From contig JBGQMB010000002.1 of the NCBI GenBank assembly GCA_041500405.1, positions 1 to 51,956 of the forward strand: DNA of 51,956 nt, given 5' to 3'. Positions 16,552-26,284 of this stretch are shown one piece after another. The translations under genes and the position numbers were made by a program. Source of the DNA: Candidatus Micrarchaeia archaeon. GTDB lineage: Archaea > Micrarchaeota > Micrarchaeia > Anstonellales > J096. How positions within the stretch are numbered: position 1 is the first letter of the stretch; every line of letters starts with the position of its first letter. A model generated the notes under the pieces. The model saw nothing but the letters and a program-made list of their open reading frames with translations. It was not told where the DNA came from and did no database searches.

Positions 16552-17265
16552 TTTTGCACTATCCCTTACGCTGGGCAACTTTTTAAAAATCCTGCTGTGC
16601 TCAGTCCGACTGAGGGTTTTGCCGTTCCAGAGGAACCTTTCAAGAAGAACGTCCCCCTCAAAGCCGTTTTGCCCGGACTCAAGCAAAAGCTCCTTTGTAT
16701 TGCCCAAAATCACGTATCCGTTTTCTTTTTTCGCGATTTTCCCGCTTATGTTGTACAGCCCTTCCTCTTCAACAGCGTCCGCGCCTTTGAACCCCGCCTT
16801 CTTGAGCACTGCAAGCGTTCCGCTGTATCCGAGCTGGACCGCGCCGAACGAGAAATCGCACCCGCGAAGCAGTATCTCGTCCCCGTAAACCAGCCTGTAC
16901 TTGTCATACTGCGTCCTCCAAAGCCTCAAGACCGTTTTTCCCTCTTCATTCACAATCCCGATGTCCCTGAAAGACGTTTTCGGCGTGTTGACTATTCCTG
17001 AAACATAGTCAACAGTGGCTTTCAAACTGAATCCTTTCATGCCGTCCTTGAGTTCCTTTATGCTGGCAAGGCCAGGCCCCGTAAGCCCCCTTTCCTCGGC
17101 TATCAGGCCTATTGCCTTGTCCCTGTCAACGAGCCCGGAAAGCTCCTCCATCTTTTCCTTGATTTTGGCTTCCAGCTCGTCCTTGCCCATGCTGGACTCC
17201 AGCATATCGTTTGGATCCATCAGATTGGATTGATGTTTGCCCTTTAAATCCTTATTCGGGGCCAT
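16537..17265 (-). CDS. RPA-like OB-fold ssDNA-binding protein (putative)
   Basis: The N-terminal helical module EELSGLVDRDKAIGLIAEERGL is typical of archaeal RPA N-termini. It is followed by OB-fold-like beta segments (FSLKATVDYVSGI...FRDIGIVNEEGKTVLRLWRTQ). The last 15 nt overlap the tRNA-Gln 5' end. Confidence 0.6.
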   Translation of the reverse strand: MAPNKDLKGKHQSNLMDPNDMLESSMGKDELEAKIKEKMEELSGLVDRDKAIGLIAEERGLTGPGLASIKELKDGMKGFSLKATVDYVSGIVNTPKTSFRDIGIVNEEGKTVLRLWRTQYDKYRLVYGDEILLRGCDFSFGAVQLGYSGTLAVLKKAGFKGADAVEEEGLYNISGKIAKKENGYVILGNTKELLLESGQNGFEGDVLLERFLWNGKTLSRTEHSRIFKKLPSVRDSAKSPVV

Positions 17266-17306
17266 GGAAACGGTTTAAAAGCATTCCCATAACAACTAAG
17301 TTACAC

Positions 17307-17378
17307 GCTCTGGTAGTGTAATGGTTAGCATACGAGCCTGTCACGCTTGCGATCCGGGTTCGAATCCCGGCCAGGGCG
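17307..17378 (+). tRNA. tRNA-Asp (anticodon GUC)
   Basis: Acceptor GCTCTGG/CCAGGGC, anticodon arm CGAGC-CTGTCAC-GCTTG, T arm CCGGG-TTCGAAT-CCCGG. 72 nt. Confidence 0.88.
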
Positions 17379-17477
17379 AAAGCCTTTCTGCGCCAGCGGG
17401 CGCCAGCACACCAGTAGCGTTTTTAACCTTCTCTTTCAAGATAACAACAAGCAGCAAAGGCCGCTGAAGTGGTGAAA

Positions 17478-18911
17478 ATGGACAAGAAGGACTTTTCAGA
17501 GTGGTATTCCTGGATACTCAAGGAGGCAGAGCTTGTTGACATAAGGTACAACGTCAAGGGATTCGTGGTCATGAGGCCCTGGTCGTTCTCTGCCATAAAG
17601 AGGATGTTCCAGCTTTACGAAGAGGAAATGGAAGGCCTTGGGCACAGCCCTGTCCAGTTTCCCGTCGTTATACCGGAGGCGAACCTCAAGAAGGAGGAAG
17701 AGCACGTAAAGGGCTTCGAGAACGAGATTTTCTGGATAGAAAAGGGCGGAAAGACGGTGCTTGAGGAAAGGCTGGCGCTGAGGCCCACAAGCGAGACCGC
17801 GGTATACCCGATGTTCGCGCTTTGGATAAACGGCAGAAGCGACCTCCCGATAAAGATGTACCAGAGCGGAATGGTCTGGAGATACGAGACAAAGGCCACA
17901 AGGCCCCTGCTCAGGGCAAGGGAGATAATCTGGATAGAGACGCACTGCGCGTTCGCCGCAAAGCAGGACGCGGAGAGGCAGGTCAAGGAAGACGTGGCAA
18001 TGGCGGAAAAAATCATAAAGGGGCAGTTCGGGATTCCGTTCCTGTTCTTTGAAAGGCCGCAATGGGACAAGTTCCCAGGCGCTGACAACACTTATGCCGC
18101 GGACACGCTGATGCCGGACGGAAAAGTCCTGCAGATAGTGACCACGCACATGCTCGGACAGAACTTCTCAAAGCCGTTCGGGATAAAATTCACTGATGAC
18201 GACAGCCAGGTGAAATACGTCTGGACAACCTGCTGCGGCCCGGGCATCTCAAGGCTGTACGCCGCTATGATATCATTGCACAGCGACGACAAGGGGCTGA
18301 TTTATCCATACCATCTTTCGCCGATACAGGCGGTCATAGTCCCCATATACAAGGGGGAAAACAGGGGAAAGATAGACAAGTACGCAAACGCGCTTTTTGG
18401 GCAGCTGGAAAAGGCCGGAATAAGGGCGCATTACGACACTACGGAGAGCACGCCTGGCTTCAAATACAACAAATGGGAGCTCAAGGGCGTGCCGGTGAGG
18501 ATTGAAATCGGCGAAAGGGAGATTGACGCGAACAAGGCCGTGGTCGTGGCAAGGGACACAAGGGAAAAAACCGCAGTCGGGATTGCGGAAGTTCCTAAAA
18601 CAGTGGAAAGGACAGGCAAGGCGGTGTTCCAAAGGATGGCAAAGGCAGCCAGGCAGAAGATGGATGAAAACATCGCAAGCGCGGATAGGATGGATGCGCT
18701 TGGCAAGCTTCTTGAAAGCGGAAAAATCGCGAAGGTGCCGTTCTGCTCGATTGGAATGGATGGAAAGCCGTGCCACGAAAAGATAAAGGAAAGCCTCAAG
18801 GCGGAAGTCAGGGGCGTTTTGATAGGGGAAAAGGAAGCGCCGAAAGGCAAGAAGTGCGTTGTTTGCAACAAGGAGGCGCACGTCTATGCGTATGTCGCGA
18901 GGCAATACTGA
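17478..18911 (+). CDS. proS: Proline--tRNA ligase, archaeal/eukaryotic type
   Basis: FSEWYSWILKEAELVDIRYNVKGFVVMRP, class II motifs (LRPTSET; WRYE...RPLLRAREIIWIE.H), and a C-terminal Zn-type domain ending YVARQY. Confidence 0.92.
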   Translation: MDKKDFSEWYSWILKEAELVDIRYNVKGFVVMRPWSFSAIKRMFQLYEEEMEGLGHSPVQFPVVIPEANLKKEEEHVKGFENEIFWIEKGGKTVLEERLALRPTSETAVYPMFALWINGRSDLPIKMYQSGMVWRYETKATRPLLRAREIIWIETHCAFAAKQDAERQVKEDVAMAEKIIKGQFGIPFLFFERPQWDKFPGADNTYAADTLMPDGKVLQIVTTHMLGQNFSKPFGIKFTDDDSQVKYVWTTCCGPGISRLYAAMISLHSDDKGLIYPYHLSPIQAVIVPIYKGENRGKIDKYANALFGQLEKAGIRAHYDTTESTPGFKYNKWELKGVPVRIEIGEREIDANKAVVVARDTREKTAVGIAEVPKTVERTGKAVFQRMAKAARQKMDENIASADRMDALGKLLESGKIAKVPFCSIGMDGKPCHEKIKESLKAEVRGVLIGEKEAPKGKKCVVCNKEAHVYAYVARQY

Positions 18912-19885
18912 TGGCAATGCACGAGATGTGCAGGCTTGATGCCCTTGTGCTGGATAAGGAGCTAAAGAGACTGGAGGGCTCGTTCTTCAACAAGGCGTTC
19001 TGGCACGGGGACAACATATTCAGGATAAAGACCAACAAGGGAAACGTCACGTTCGAACTTGGGAAATGGGTTATGGCGGACAAGCCGGAGTCGGAGCCTA
19101 GGGAGAATCCCTTTTCCGACCTTATGAGGAAGGAGCTGGACAACCAGTACCTTGAGGAGATTGGCTTTGTCAACGGCGACAGGCTGCTGAGGATGAAATT
19201 CAGGACAGCAACGCTTTATGTTGAGATGTTCGGCAGGTCCAAGGCTGTTCTTGTGGACAGCGATGGAAAGACAATCGGGTTCTTTGTCAAGGACAACAAG
19301 GAAAGGCTGGAGATAGGCCAGGACTACAAAATCCCTGAAACAGTGCCGCTTGAGGCCAAGGCGGTTGTCAAAACGGGGGAACAGAAGCCTGTCGGCGCGA
19401 TACTGGCAAGGATGATCGGGAAGGTTTACTCGAAACACATCCTGGAAAAGGAGGGAATTGCCGAAAGCTCAATGGACTATGACGCCAGGAAGCTGGATGC
19501 GCTGGCAAAAAAATGGCTAGCATCTGCAAGGCCGTATGCCAAGCCGGATTTCTCGGATTATGCCGTGCTTCCGGTCTTTGAAAACGCGCAGGGGCAGGAA
19601 ACGCTCTCAATGGCGATAAAACAATGCATTGAAAGCGCGGAAAGCGCCAACCCGGAGCTTGAGAAGCTGAAAAATTCGAAGCGAAGGATTATTGAAACAA
19701 CGGAAAAATACGCGGAAAAGGCAAGGGAATTCAAGGAAAAAGGGGATTTCATATACGCCAACTACGAGGAAACTGAAAAGGCGCTCGCGCACGCAAAGAA
19801 CATGGAAACGGACGCGTTTTTAAGCAAAAGGAAGGCGACGATTGACAAAAAGGAGAAAACCGTTGAGTTAGATATCGGACAATAG
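18911..19885 (+). CDS. NFACT-N (FbpA/RqcH N-terminal) domain protein, short form
   Basis: The ATG overlaps the proS TGA by 1 nt. RLDALVLDKELKRLEGSFFNKAF...ENPFSDLMRKELDNQYLEEIGFVNGDRLLRMKF...LYVEMFGRSKAVLVD fits NFACT-N plus part of the coiled coil. At 324 aa it has no NFACT-R/DUF814 part. Confidence 0.7.
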   Translation: MAMHEMCRLDALVLDKELKRLEGSFFNKAFWHGDNIFRIKTNKGNVTFELGKWVMADKPESEPRENPFSDLMRKELDNQYLEEIGFVNGDRLLRMKFRTATLYVEMFGRSKAVLVDSDGKTIGFFVKDNKERLEIGQDYKIPETVPLEAKAVVKTGEQKPVGAILARMIGKVYSKHILEKEGIAESSMDYDARKLDALAKKWLASARPYAKPDFSDYAVLPVFENAQGQETLSMAIKQCIESAESANPELEKLKNSKRRIIETTEKYAEKAREFKEKGDFIYANYEETEKALAHAKNMETDAFLSKRKATIDKKEKTVELDIGQ

Positions 19886-19940
19886 TTCATTCTCAGGCGT
19901 TTCCAAATGTTTTTATACATAATCCGGCATAAGTTAGACT

Positions 19941-20810
19941 ATGAAATTCAATGTGCTTGAAAGAGAGATAAATGTTGGATGGAATCACATTTTCGCAATT
20001 GTTGGCGTGATGCTCGTTTTCGCAATCTTGGACATTGCTTCAGCCGTAGCGCTGCATGTTTTTAGCGATGAGAACGGCAACGTGTCTCCGGAGATCGCAT
20101 TACTGTTTGGTGTAGCGGGCGTATTCTTCCCTGTGGTTTTCGCTTTTGCTGCAATTGCCATTGCCGTTGGCATGTTCAAGATGAAGAAAGACGCCGCCTT
20201 ATGCCGTTCCCTTGCAGGGGCTTTTCTCCTTGTCATGCTGGGCGTGGCCATATTGGGCGGACTGGGCATTCTAGACAACATAATATCCTATCATCCCACA
20301 GAGGTAATATTATATCTTATGCAGACAAGCATAACATTCTTGGCTGGCGCTCTAGTCGGCACCGCTATGGCGTATCTCTGGATGCTGGCAATATCTGCGC
20401 CAGACATGCAAAAGGCCAGGAAGATGGCGGTCCCGGCTGCCGTTTTTTCATTGATACTGTATATTATTTCAATTCTTCCGATGGTGATTCGTGTTGCGGA
20501 AGGGCAGTATATCCTATCCTACTTCTTTTACTCCATTGCTACTGCAGATGCCATCATTTATCTTCTGTCGCACTTTGTCTTCGGCTTCATCATCCTCTAC
20601 CATATATGGGGTAAGAAGCTCGATAATGCGGCATATCTGTTTGCGGCGCTGTATCTGGTTTCGCCGGTCGTGGCGATGGCGGGAGATTTCCTGGCATATG
20701 GGGCTCTTGAGGCGTGGGCGACCTTGATGACCGTCGTGAAGCTTGCCTTGGTCTACGGCATCAGCCGCCCTGACTTGAGGGACAGAATCAACAAGCTCCT
20801 CGGAATTTAG
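19941..20810 (+). CDS. Polytopic membrane protein, unknown function
   Basis: 289 aa with about 8 hydrophobic helices. An A/T box GTTTTTATAC lies ~27 nt upstream of the ATG. Confidence 0.6.
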   Translation: MKFNVLEREINVGWNHIFAIVGVMLVFAILDIASAVALHVFSDENGNVSPEIALLFGVAGVFFPVVFAFAAIAIAVGMFKMKKDAALCRSLAGAFLLVMLGVAILGGLGILDNIISYHPTEVILYLMQTSITFLAGALVGTAMAYLWMLAISAPDMQKARKMAVPAAVFSLILYIISILPMVIRVAEGQYILSYFFYSIATADAIIYLLSHFVFGFIILYHIWGKKLDNAAYLFAALYLVSPVVAMAGDFLAYGALEAWATLMTVVKLALVYGISRPDLRDRINKLLGI

Positions 20811-20876
20811 ACGCATATGAAAGAGAAGCATCAGGATTAAAAACAGTTGCCAATAATAGGCGAATGGGGTTTTGAT

Positions 20877-21104
20877 ATGGGCGCAACCACCGAGAAATTT
20901 AAGAAGGAAAAAAACACTATTGACAAGATAGCGGAACTGATAAGGCAGAAAATGGAGGATGCCCAGGCCAAGAAGCAGGGTGACATCAAGATAATAAAAA
21001 CCCAGACCCCGAATATAGCAGGCAGGGACATGCGCCTGCCAATGGCATGCGCCAGAAGGCTCGGAGACTGCCTTGACAAGGGCTCATTGGAGAGGTGGGC
21101 ATGA
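20877..21104 (+). CDS. Small hypothetical protein (75 aa)
   Basis: ATG chosen inside the TTG-initiated ORF. The product is charged and helical. Its stop overlaps the next ATG (ATGA). Confidence 0.45.
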   Translation: MGATTEKFKKEKNTIDKIAELIRQKMEDAQAKKQGDIKIIKTQTPNIAGRDMRLPMACARRLGDCLDKGSLERWA

Positions 21105-21478
21105 TGCCAATCCAGAAGAAGGAGTTCAAGCCGTTCGAAAAGGTGTCATTCGAGGCCAAGAAAAGGATAATCGACCTCTGGAAATTCATGAGGCAGGAGG
21201 ACAAGGAGCATTTCATAAACCAGGTCGCGCTTGCGCTTTCGGTCTGGGGGTCAGACGACATGGGCAAGTCCATGGTCGCGCGCGTGATGGAAATCCTGGT
21301 GAAGGACGGGAGCAAGAACCTGTCTGATTTCGGGATTTACATCGACAAGCTCATACTCATAGAGCAGGGCAAGGCCGTGGAGGCAAGGAACGGCGACATT
21401 GTCAAGGCCATAGAGGTCGTTGACGCATACAGGATAAGGTATGAGATGAGCGCGGAGCCGCACAAGACGATATTCTGA
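21101..21478 (+). CDS. Hypothetical protein (125 aa), translationally coupled to the upstream small ORF
   Basis: ATGA overlap with the upstream ORF. I recognised no motif. Confidence 0.5.
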   Translation: MMPIQKKEFKPFEKVSFEAKKRIIDLWKFMRQEDKEHFINQVALALSVWGSDDMGKSMVARVMEILVKDGSKNLSDFGIYIDKLILIEQGKAVEARNGDIVKAIEVVDAYRIRYEMSAEPHKTIF

Positions 21479-21479
21479 A

Positions 21480-22709
21480 TCAGAAAAGGCCCGGCAGTAT
21501 CAGCAGTATGAAGCACGCCAGCGCGGAGTAGGAAACCAATTCCATTAGCCGCGCGTCCTTGACAAAGGACCTCACCAGGTGATAGCCGTCAAAAAGCGGG
21601 ATTGGAAGCAGGTTTATCATGCCTATGGCGAAGTTGAGCCCGCACGTCAGCCCAAGCACGTTCATCATGAACTTTATTATCGGGTCCTGGAACACGACAA
21701 ACGGGAGTATCGTGGACTCCGAGCATCCTGCTGTGGACTCTGAAAGGACGAAGCTGCCGCTGCTGGAAACGGAGGAGGCCATGCACGTATAGGCGTAATT
21801 GTTGAGCGCAAAATAGAAGAACGCCAGATACAGGAGCCCGAAAAGGAACCCGAACGTTATGTTGGACGCGCTTCCTGCGACAAGTATCCTGCTCCTGACC
21901 ATGGGCCCGGCCCTCTCAAGCTCCCTGTCGCTCGGCTCAACGAACGCGCCGACCGGAAGGCTGCCAAAGAGCACGATGCCGGTCGAGTTTATGCTCACGC
22001 GCTCGGCCCTTGAAAGGAAGCCGTGCGCCATCTCATGCACCACCAAAAGCACTGCAATCGCAATTATGCCTTCCATAAAAGGAAGGTTTATGCCTGGAAG
22101 GACGAGCGTTGCGCCTGCCTTAAGGGAGATTGTCTGCCCAAGGACAAATATTGCATAAAAATTGTAAAGCACGTTGGCTGCGGCGACATAAAGCGATGCT
22201 ATGGTCGCGCCCCCAAAGCCGAGCAGGAGCAGTGCCCCCGAAACCAGGATTGATGCTGAAACAACGGAAGAGCTGGAATCGGCAGAAGGCGGGTTGCCCA
22301 TCGCAGTCATCGCGTATGACACGCCGAACGGATAGACTGCCATGAGCGCGAAAAGGAACGCCATTGAAAAAATGTAAAGCGCGGCCCTGTGCAGCGGCGG
22401 CCTCCATTTCATGAGGAACAGCATTATTGCGCCGAAGCTGACGAACAGCATCATGTCTGCCCAGAGCCTGAAAAAGGAGGCGTATTTCCGCCCCATCCTG
22501 TCTATGAACGTCACAAAATACCTGCTGCGCACCAAGAGCATGCCCAGTTCCGTCTGCATGAAGTGCCTTTTTGCATAGAAACGCGAGATTGCCACCATCT
22601 CAATGATAACGATAACGACTTTTGCGAGATTTGGAAGGAATCCGGCCGTTATTATCACATACATGAACAGCAGGGATGCCAAAAAAACCAGAATGTCGAC
22701 CGAATCCAT
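21480..22709 (-). CDS. Site-2 protease family (M50) membrane metalloprotease
   Basis: HExxH in LLVVHEMAHGF and the NLLPIPLFDGYH motif; multi-pass. The start at MDSVDILVF lies ~28 nt from the A/T box TTTTTTAAAATG (22731-22742). Confidence 0.85.
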   Translation of the reverse strand: MDSVDILVFLASLLFMYVIITAGFLPNLAKVVIVIIEMVAISRFYAKRHFMQTELGMLLVRSRYFVTFIDRMGRKYASFFRLWADMMLFVSFGAIMLFLMKWRPPLHRAALYIFSMAFLFALMAVYPFGVSYAMTAMGNPPSADSSSSVVSASILVSGALLLLGFGGATIASLYVAAANVLYNFYAIFVLGQTISLKAGATLVLPGINLPFMEGIIAIAVLLVVHEMAHGFLSRAERVSINSTGIVLFGSLPVGAFVEPSDRELERAGPMVRSRILVAGSASNITFGFLFGLLYLAFFYFALNNYAYTCMASSVSSSGSFVLSESTAGCSESTILPFVVFQDPIIKFMMNVLGLTCGLNFAIGMINLLPIPLFDGYHLVRSFVKDARLMELVSYSALACFILLILPGLF

Positions 22710-22772
22710 GGCAAGAGGTTGGTGTGCACATTTTAAAAAACATGGCGAAATGTTTGGCAAATGGCTAATAAT

Positions 22773-23054
22773 CTATAATATATCGTCCGCAAAGTATCTA
22801 TGGATTATCGCCTTTATCTCATAGCTCTTTTCGACATTTAGAGAAATTTGAAGGCCATAATTCGTAGGCTTTTGGAGTATGAACCTTTTCTTAATCAACC
22901 CCTCTGTCAAATCCTTAATCCTTCCTTTCAGATGCGGCGGCACTCCCTTTGCTGTATTCTCGAAAGCTGTGTGGCTCTCACCCCATTTTCTCCGGCGGGC
23001 AAGCTTGTGCAATATCATGGCTTCTAGTTCTTCATCTGATTCCATGAAGTTCAC
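22773..23054 (-). CDS. Small hypothetical protein, possible winged-helix
   Basis: 93 aa, in an A+T-rich islet, divergent from the next gene. No firm motif. Confidence 0.45.
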   Translation of the reverse strand: MNFMESDEELEAMILHKLARRRKWGESHTAFENTAKGVPPHLKGRIKDLTEGLIKKRFILQKPTNYGLQISLNVEKSYEIKAIIHRYFADDIL

Positions 23055-23181
23055 TTATGTTACCTTTCAAAGGGATAGATTTATAAACTTATTTATCAAA
23101 AATATCAACAATAGAATTGTATTGTGGATTGATTATAGTAAACAGAGACATAAGGATTACGGGAATTGGGATTATGGGAAC

Positions 23182-23523
23182 ATGGGTGGATGGGATATGG
23201 GAGAAGAAACAGTATTAATAGAATATCTAGGTAATACCCCTATAATTAGGATAACAGACTTTCTTCTTGAGAACAGGCTGTTTGATTATTCAAAAAAGCA
23301 GATAATAGATGAAACAGGACTTGCTAAGGCCACATTTTACAAATATTGGGGGAGGATAGTGGAGATTGGGATAGTTAAGGCCACCCGCTCATTCGGAAAA
23401 ACGAAGCTGTACAGGATAAACGAGCAGAGCCCCGTCGTACAGCAGATAAAAAAGTTGGAACTTGTGCTTATTGAAAGCACAGCGCCGCAGCCAGCAACAG
23501 CCAAAATGCGTGTACCCGCCTAA
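23182..23523 (+). CDS. Winged-helix DNA-binding protein (putative transcriptional regulator)
   Basis: IRITDFLLENRLFDYSKKQIIDETGLAKATFYKYWGRIVEIGIVKATRSFGKTKLYRIN is a classic wHTH layout. The start is uncertain (ATG 23182 or 23194, or TTG 23122). Confidence 0.65.
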   Translation: MGGWDMGEETVLIEYLGNTPIIRITDFLLENRLFDYSKKQIIDETGLAKATFYKYWGRIVEIGIVKATRSFGKTKLYRINEQSPVVQQIKKLELVLIESTAPQPATAKMRVPA

Positions 23524-23613
23524 TACTAAAAATTAGCGAACTTTGGCAAATGCCGAAGTCCGGGGCTTATGCCTTTTTAACGTTTTTGAGCGGAGATGTA
23601 TCAAGTGGTTTTG

Positions 23614-25389
23614 ATGGACATCGTGATAAAGATAGGCGCTGCCGCCGGGGAAGGGGCCTTTGTTATGGGCGCCACTGCAGGCAGGCTGTTCGCAAGGGGA
23701 GGATACCACGTTTTCGGGTATCCCGAATACCCGTCCCTGATAAGGGGAGGGCACAACTCATACCAGATAATCGTCTCTGACAGGAAGCTTGACGCCCCGC
23801 TGATGGAAAGCGACGTTGTCATAGCAGTGAACAAGGACGCGATAAAGTTCCATGCCGACTCCATAAAGAAGGGAGGGCTCCTGCTCTACGATTCGGAGCT
23901 GGATGTAAGCGGCATGAGCATAAGGGAGGATGTGAAGAAGGTGGGCGTGCCTGTCGCAAGCATAATAAGCGAGCAGAAGGCGGACCCGAAGATGAAAAAC
24001 ACCGCCTATCTGGGGGCGATGCTCGCAACAGTGGATTATCCCCTTGAGTATTTGACAAAGGCGCTTGAGGACCAGTTTTCAAGGAAGGGAAAGGATGTTG
24101 TTGACATGAATGTCAGGGTCGCAAAGGCCGGATATGACTATGTCAAATCGCAGTTCAAGCCAAGCGCGGCCATAAAGCCGATAGGCGGGCCAAGGCCGTA
24201 TATGACAGGCAATGATGCGCTTGCCATAGGATTCATAAGGGGAGGGCTCACGTTCTACGCGTCATACCCCATGACGCCGGCAACAACAATCCTGCATTAC
24301 CTTATCAAGAACCAGGAGAAGGCCGGTATAGTGGTCCTGCAGGCAGAGGACGAGATAGCCGCCGCGAACATGGCGGTCGGCGCGGCTTTCGCAGGGGCAA
24401 GGGCCGCCACAGGGACCAGCGGGGGCGGATTCGCGCTGAAAACCGAGACTGTCAGCATGGCGGCAATGGCGGAAACGCCGGTCGTTTTCTTCCTTGCGCA
24501 AAGGTCCGGGCCTTCAACAGGCATGCCGACCTGGACCGAGCAGGCTGACCTGTTCCAGGTGCTTGGGGCGGGGCAGGGCGAATTCCCAAGGGTCATCCTT
24601 GCGCCGGCAGACGCAAAGGAGATGGTGCAGATAGGCGCAGACTCGCTCAACATAGCCGAGGAGTTCCAGGTTCCGGTTTTCGTGCTTTCAGACAAGTACC
24701 TTTCGGAGAACTATTATACGATAGACGGGCTTGACATGGCGCACTTCAAGGTCAATAGGGGAAAGCTCGCCGACAGGGGGCTTCCGGAGCTCAAGCCAGG
24801 GCAGAAGTTCAAGAGATACGAGATAACGCAGGACGGCATATCGCCAAGAAGCGTTCCGGGCGTTCCGAACGGCCAGCACGTTGCCTCAAGCTACGAGCAC
24901 CAGGAGGACGGATATTCAACAGAATCGTTTGACATGAGGACCGCGCAGGTCGACAAGAGGCTTAGGAAGCTGGAAAAGATGCTGGCGCGCTCATACGAGC
25001 CGAAAATATACTCATTCAAGGGGGACGACGCCCTTGTTGTCTGGGGCTCCCAGCTCGGGCCGGCGCTCAAGGCCGCGGAAGAGGCGAAGATGGACGTCAT
25101 ACATTTCAGCTGGATATACCCGCTCAGCAAAGAGAAGATAATCAAGGCGTTCTCGAACTACAAGGCCGTTTATTTTGCGGAGAACAACAGGACCGGCGTG
25201 TTCGAAAAGGTCATGCTGCAGGAAACAGGGATAAGGCCCGTTGCGTCCATAAGGAAATACAACGGCAGGCCCCTGCTGCCCCACCAGCTGGTGAAGGCAA
25301 TGGAAACCGTGAGAAAGACAGGAAAGGATTGCCTGATAAAGAATGAGGAATATGACAATTTCGAGTTCTACTCCCCATGGAGATACTGA
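23614..25389 (+). CDS. 2-oxoacid:ferredoxin oxidoreductase, alpha subunit (fused gamma-alpha type)
   Basis: The N-terminal gamma-like module is IKIGAAAGEGAFVMGATAGRLFARGGYHVFGYPEYPSLIRGGHN. The alpha domain follows (MTGNDALAIGFIRGG...YPMTPAT...AEDEIAAANMAVGAAFAGARAATGTSGGGFAL). This is the two-subunit archaeal OFOR architecture. Confidence 0.88.
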   Translation: MDIVIKIGAAAGEGAFVMGATAGRLFARGGYHVFGYPEYPSLIRGGHNSYQIIVSDRKLDAPLMESDVVIAVNKDAIKFHADSIKKGGLLLYDSELDVSGMSIREDVKKVGVPVASIISEQKADPKMKNTAYLGAMLATVDYPLEYLTKALEDQFSRKGKDVVDMNVRVAKAGYDYVKSQFKPSAAIKPIGGPRPYMTGNDALAIGFIRGGLTFYASYPMTPATTILHYLIKNQEKAGIVVLQAEDEIAAANMAVGAAFAGARAATGTSGGGFALKTETVSMAAMAETPVVFFLAQRSGPSTGMPTWTEQADLFQVLGAGQGEFPRVILAPADAKEMVQIGADSLNIAEEFQVPVFVLSDKYLSENYYTIDGLDMAHFKVNRGKLADRGLPELKPGQKFKRYEITQDGISPRSVPGVPNGQHVASSYEHQEDGYSTESFDMRTAQVDKRLRKLEKMLARSYEPKIYSFKGDDALVVWGSQLGPALKAAEEAKMDVIHFSWIYPLSKEKIIKAFSNYKAVYFAENNRTGVFEKVMLQETGIRPVASIRKYNGRPLLPHQLVKAMETVRKTGKDCLIKNEEYDNFEFYSPWRY

Positions 25390-25399
25390 GGTTTTCAAA

Positions 25400-26275
25400 A
25401 TGGCAAACGTTAACGTTTTTGACGCGAATGAGAAGCCGCAATGGTGCCCTGGATGCGGGGACTACAGCATATTGGGCGCATTCAAGACCGCGATAACCGA
25501 ACTCGGGCTTGACCCGCACAGGGTCGTGCTTGTGACCGGAATCGGGTGCGGAAGCAAGATAGCGCACTATGTCCGCGCGTACGGGTATGAGGGCCTGCAC
25601 GGCAGGATACTGCCGCTTGCGGAGGGCATAAAGGCCGCGAACCCGAAGCTCACCGTGATTGGAATCGGCGGGGACGGGGACGGATTTTCGGAAGGAGGGA
25701 ACCACTTCGTGCACGCGCCAAGGAAAAACCTTGACTATACCTATATCGTGCAGGACAACCACATTTATGCATTGACAACCGGACAGGCGTCGCCGACAAC
25801 CCCGAAGAACCTGCCGACAAAGACGTCGCCAACGGAGCAATTGTACGAGGAGTACAAACCAATCGCCTCGGCGCTTGTCAATGGCGCGACATTCGTTGCG
25901 TCATCCTTTGCAGGCAACATGAGGCATACTGCGGACATGATGAAAAAGGCGATTGAGCATAAGGGATTCTCGTTCCTCCTTGTCTACCAGCCTTGCGTCA
26001 CTTGGAACAGTGTGAACACGTACCAATGGTACATGCAAAGGTGCTATGACATCCAGAAGGCGGGGCACAACGCGTCCGATTTTGACGCGGCGTTCGCAAA
26101 GGCGCTTGAGCCGTACAGGAACGGCTTTGAGAAATTGCCTGTCGGCGTTTTCTACGAAAGCAATGCGCGCAAGCCGCTTAATGAAATCCATCCGACCCTG
26201 GCAAAGGGGATTTTCCCCGCGGAAAAGGACATATCCAGCGTTGACATTTCAGCCCTGCTGAAGGAGAACGAGTGA
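25400..26275 (+). CDS. 2-oxoacid:ferredoxin oxidoreductase, beta subunit (TPP-binding)
   Basis: WCPGCGDYSIL, GIGCGSK, and the TPP motif GGDGDGFSEGGNH...NHIYALTTGQ. Confidence 0.9.
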   Translation: MANVNVFDANEKPQWCPGCGDYSILGAFKTAITELGLDPHRVVLVTGIGCGSKIAHYVRAYGYEGLHGRILPLAEGIKAANPKLTVIGIGGDGDGFSEGGNHFVHAPRKNLDYTYIVQDNHIYALTTGQASPTTPKNLPTKTSPTEQLYEEYKPIASALVNGATFVASSFAGNMRHTADMMKKAIEHKGFSFLLVYQPCVTWNSVNTYQWYMQRCYDIQKAGHNASDFDAAFAKALEPYRNGFEKLPVGVFYESNARKPLNEIHPTLAKGIFPAEKDISSVDISALLKENE

Positions 26276-26284
26276 AACGTTGCT

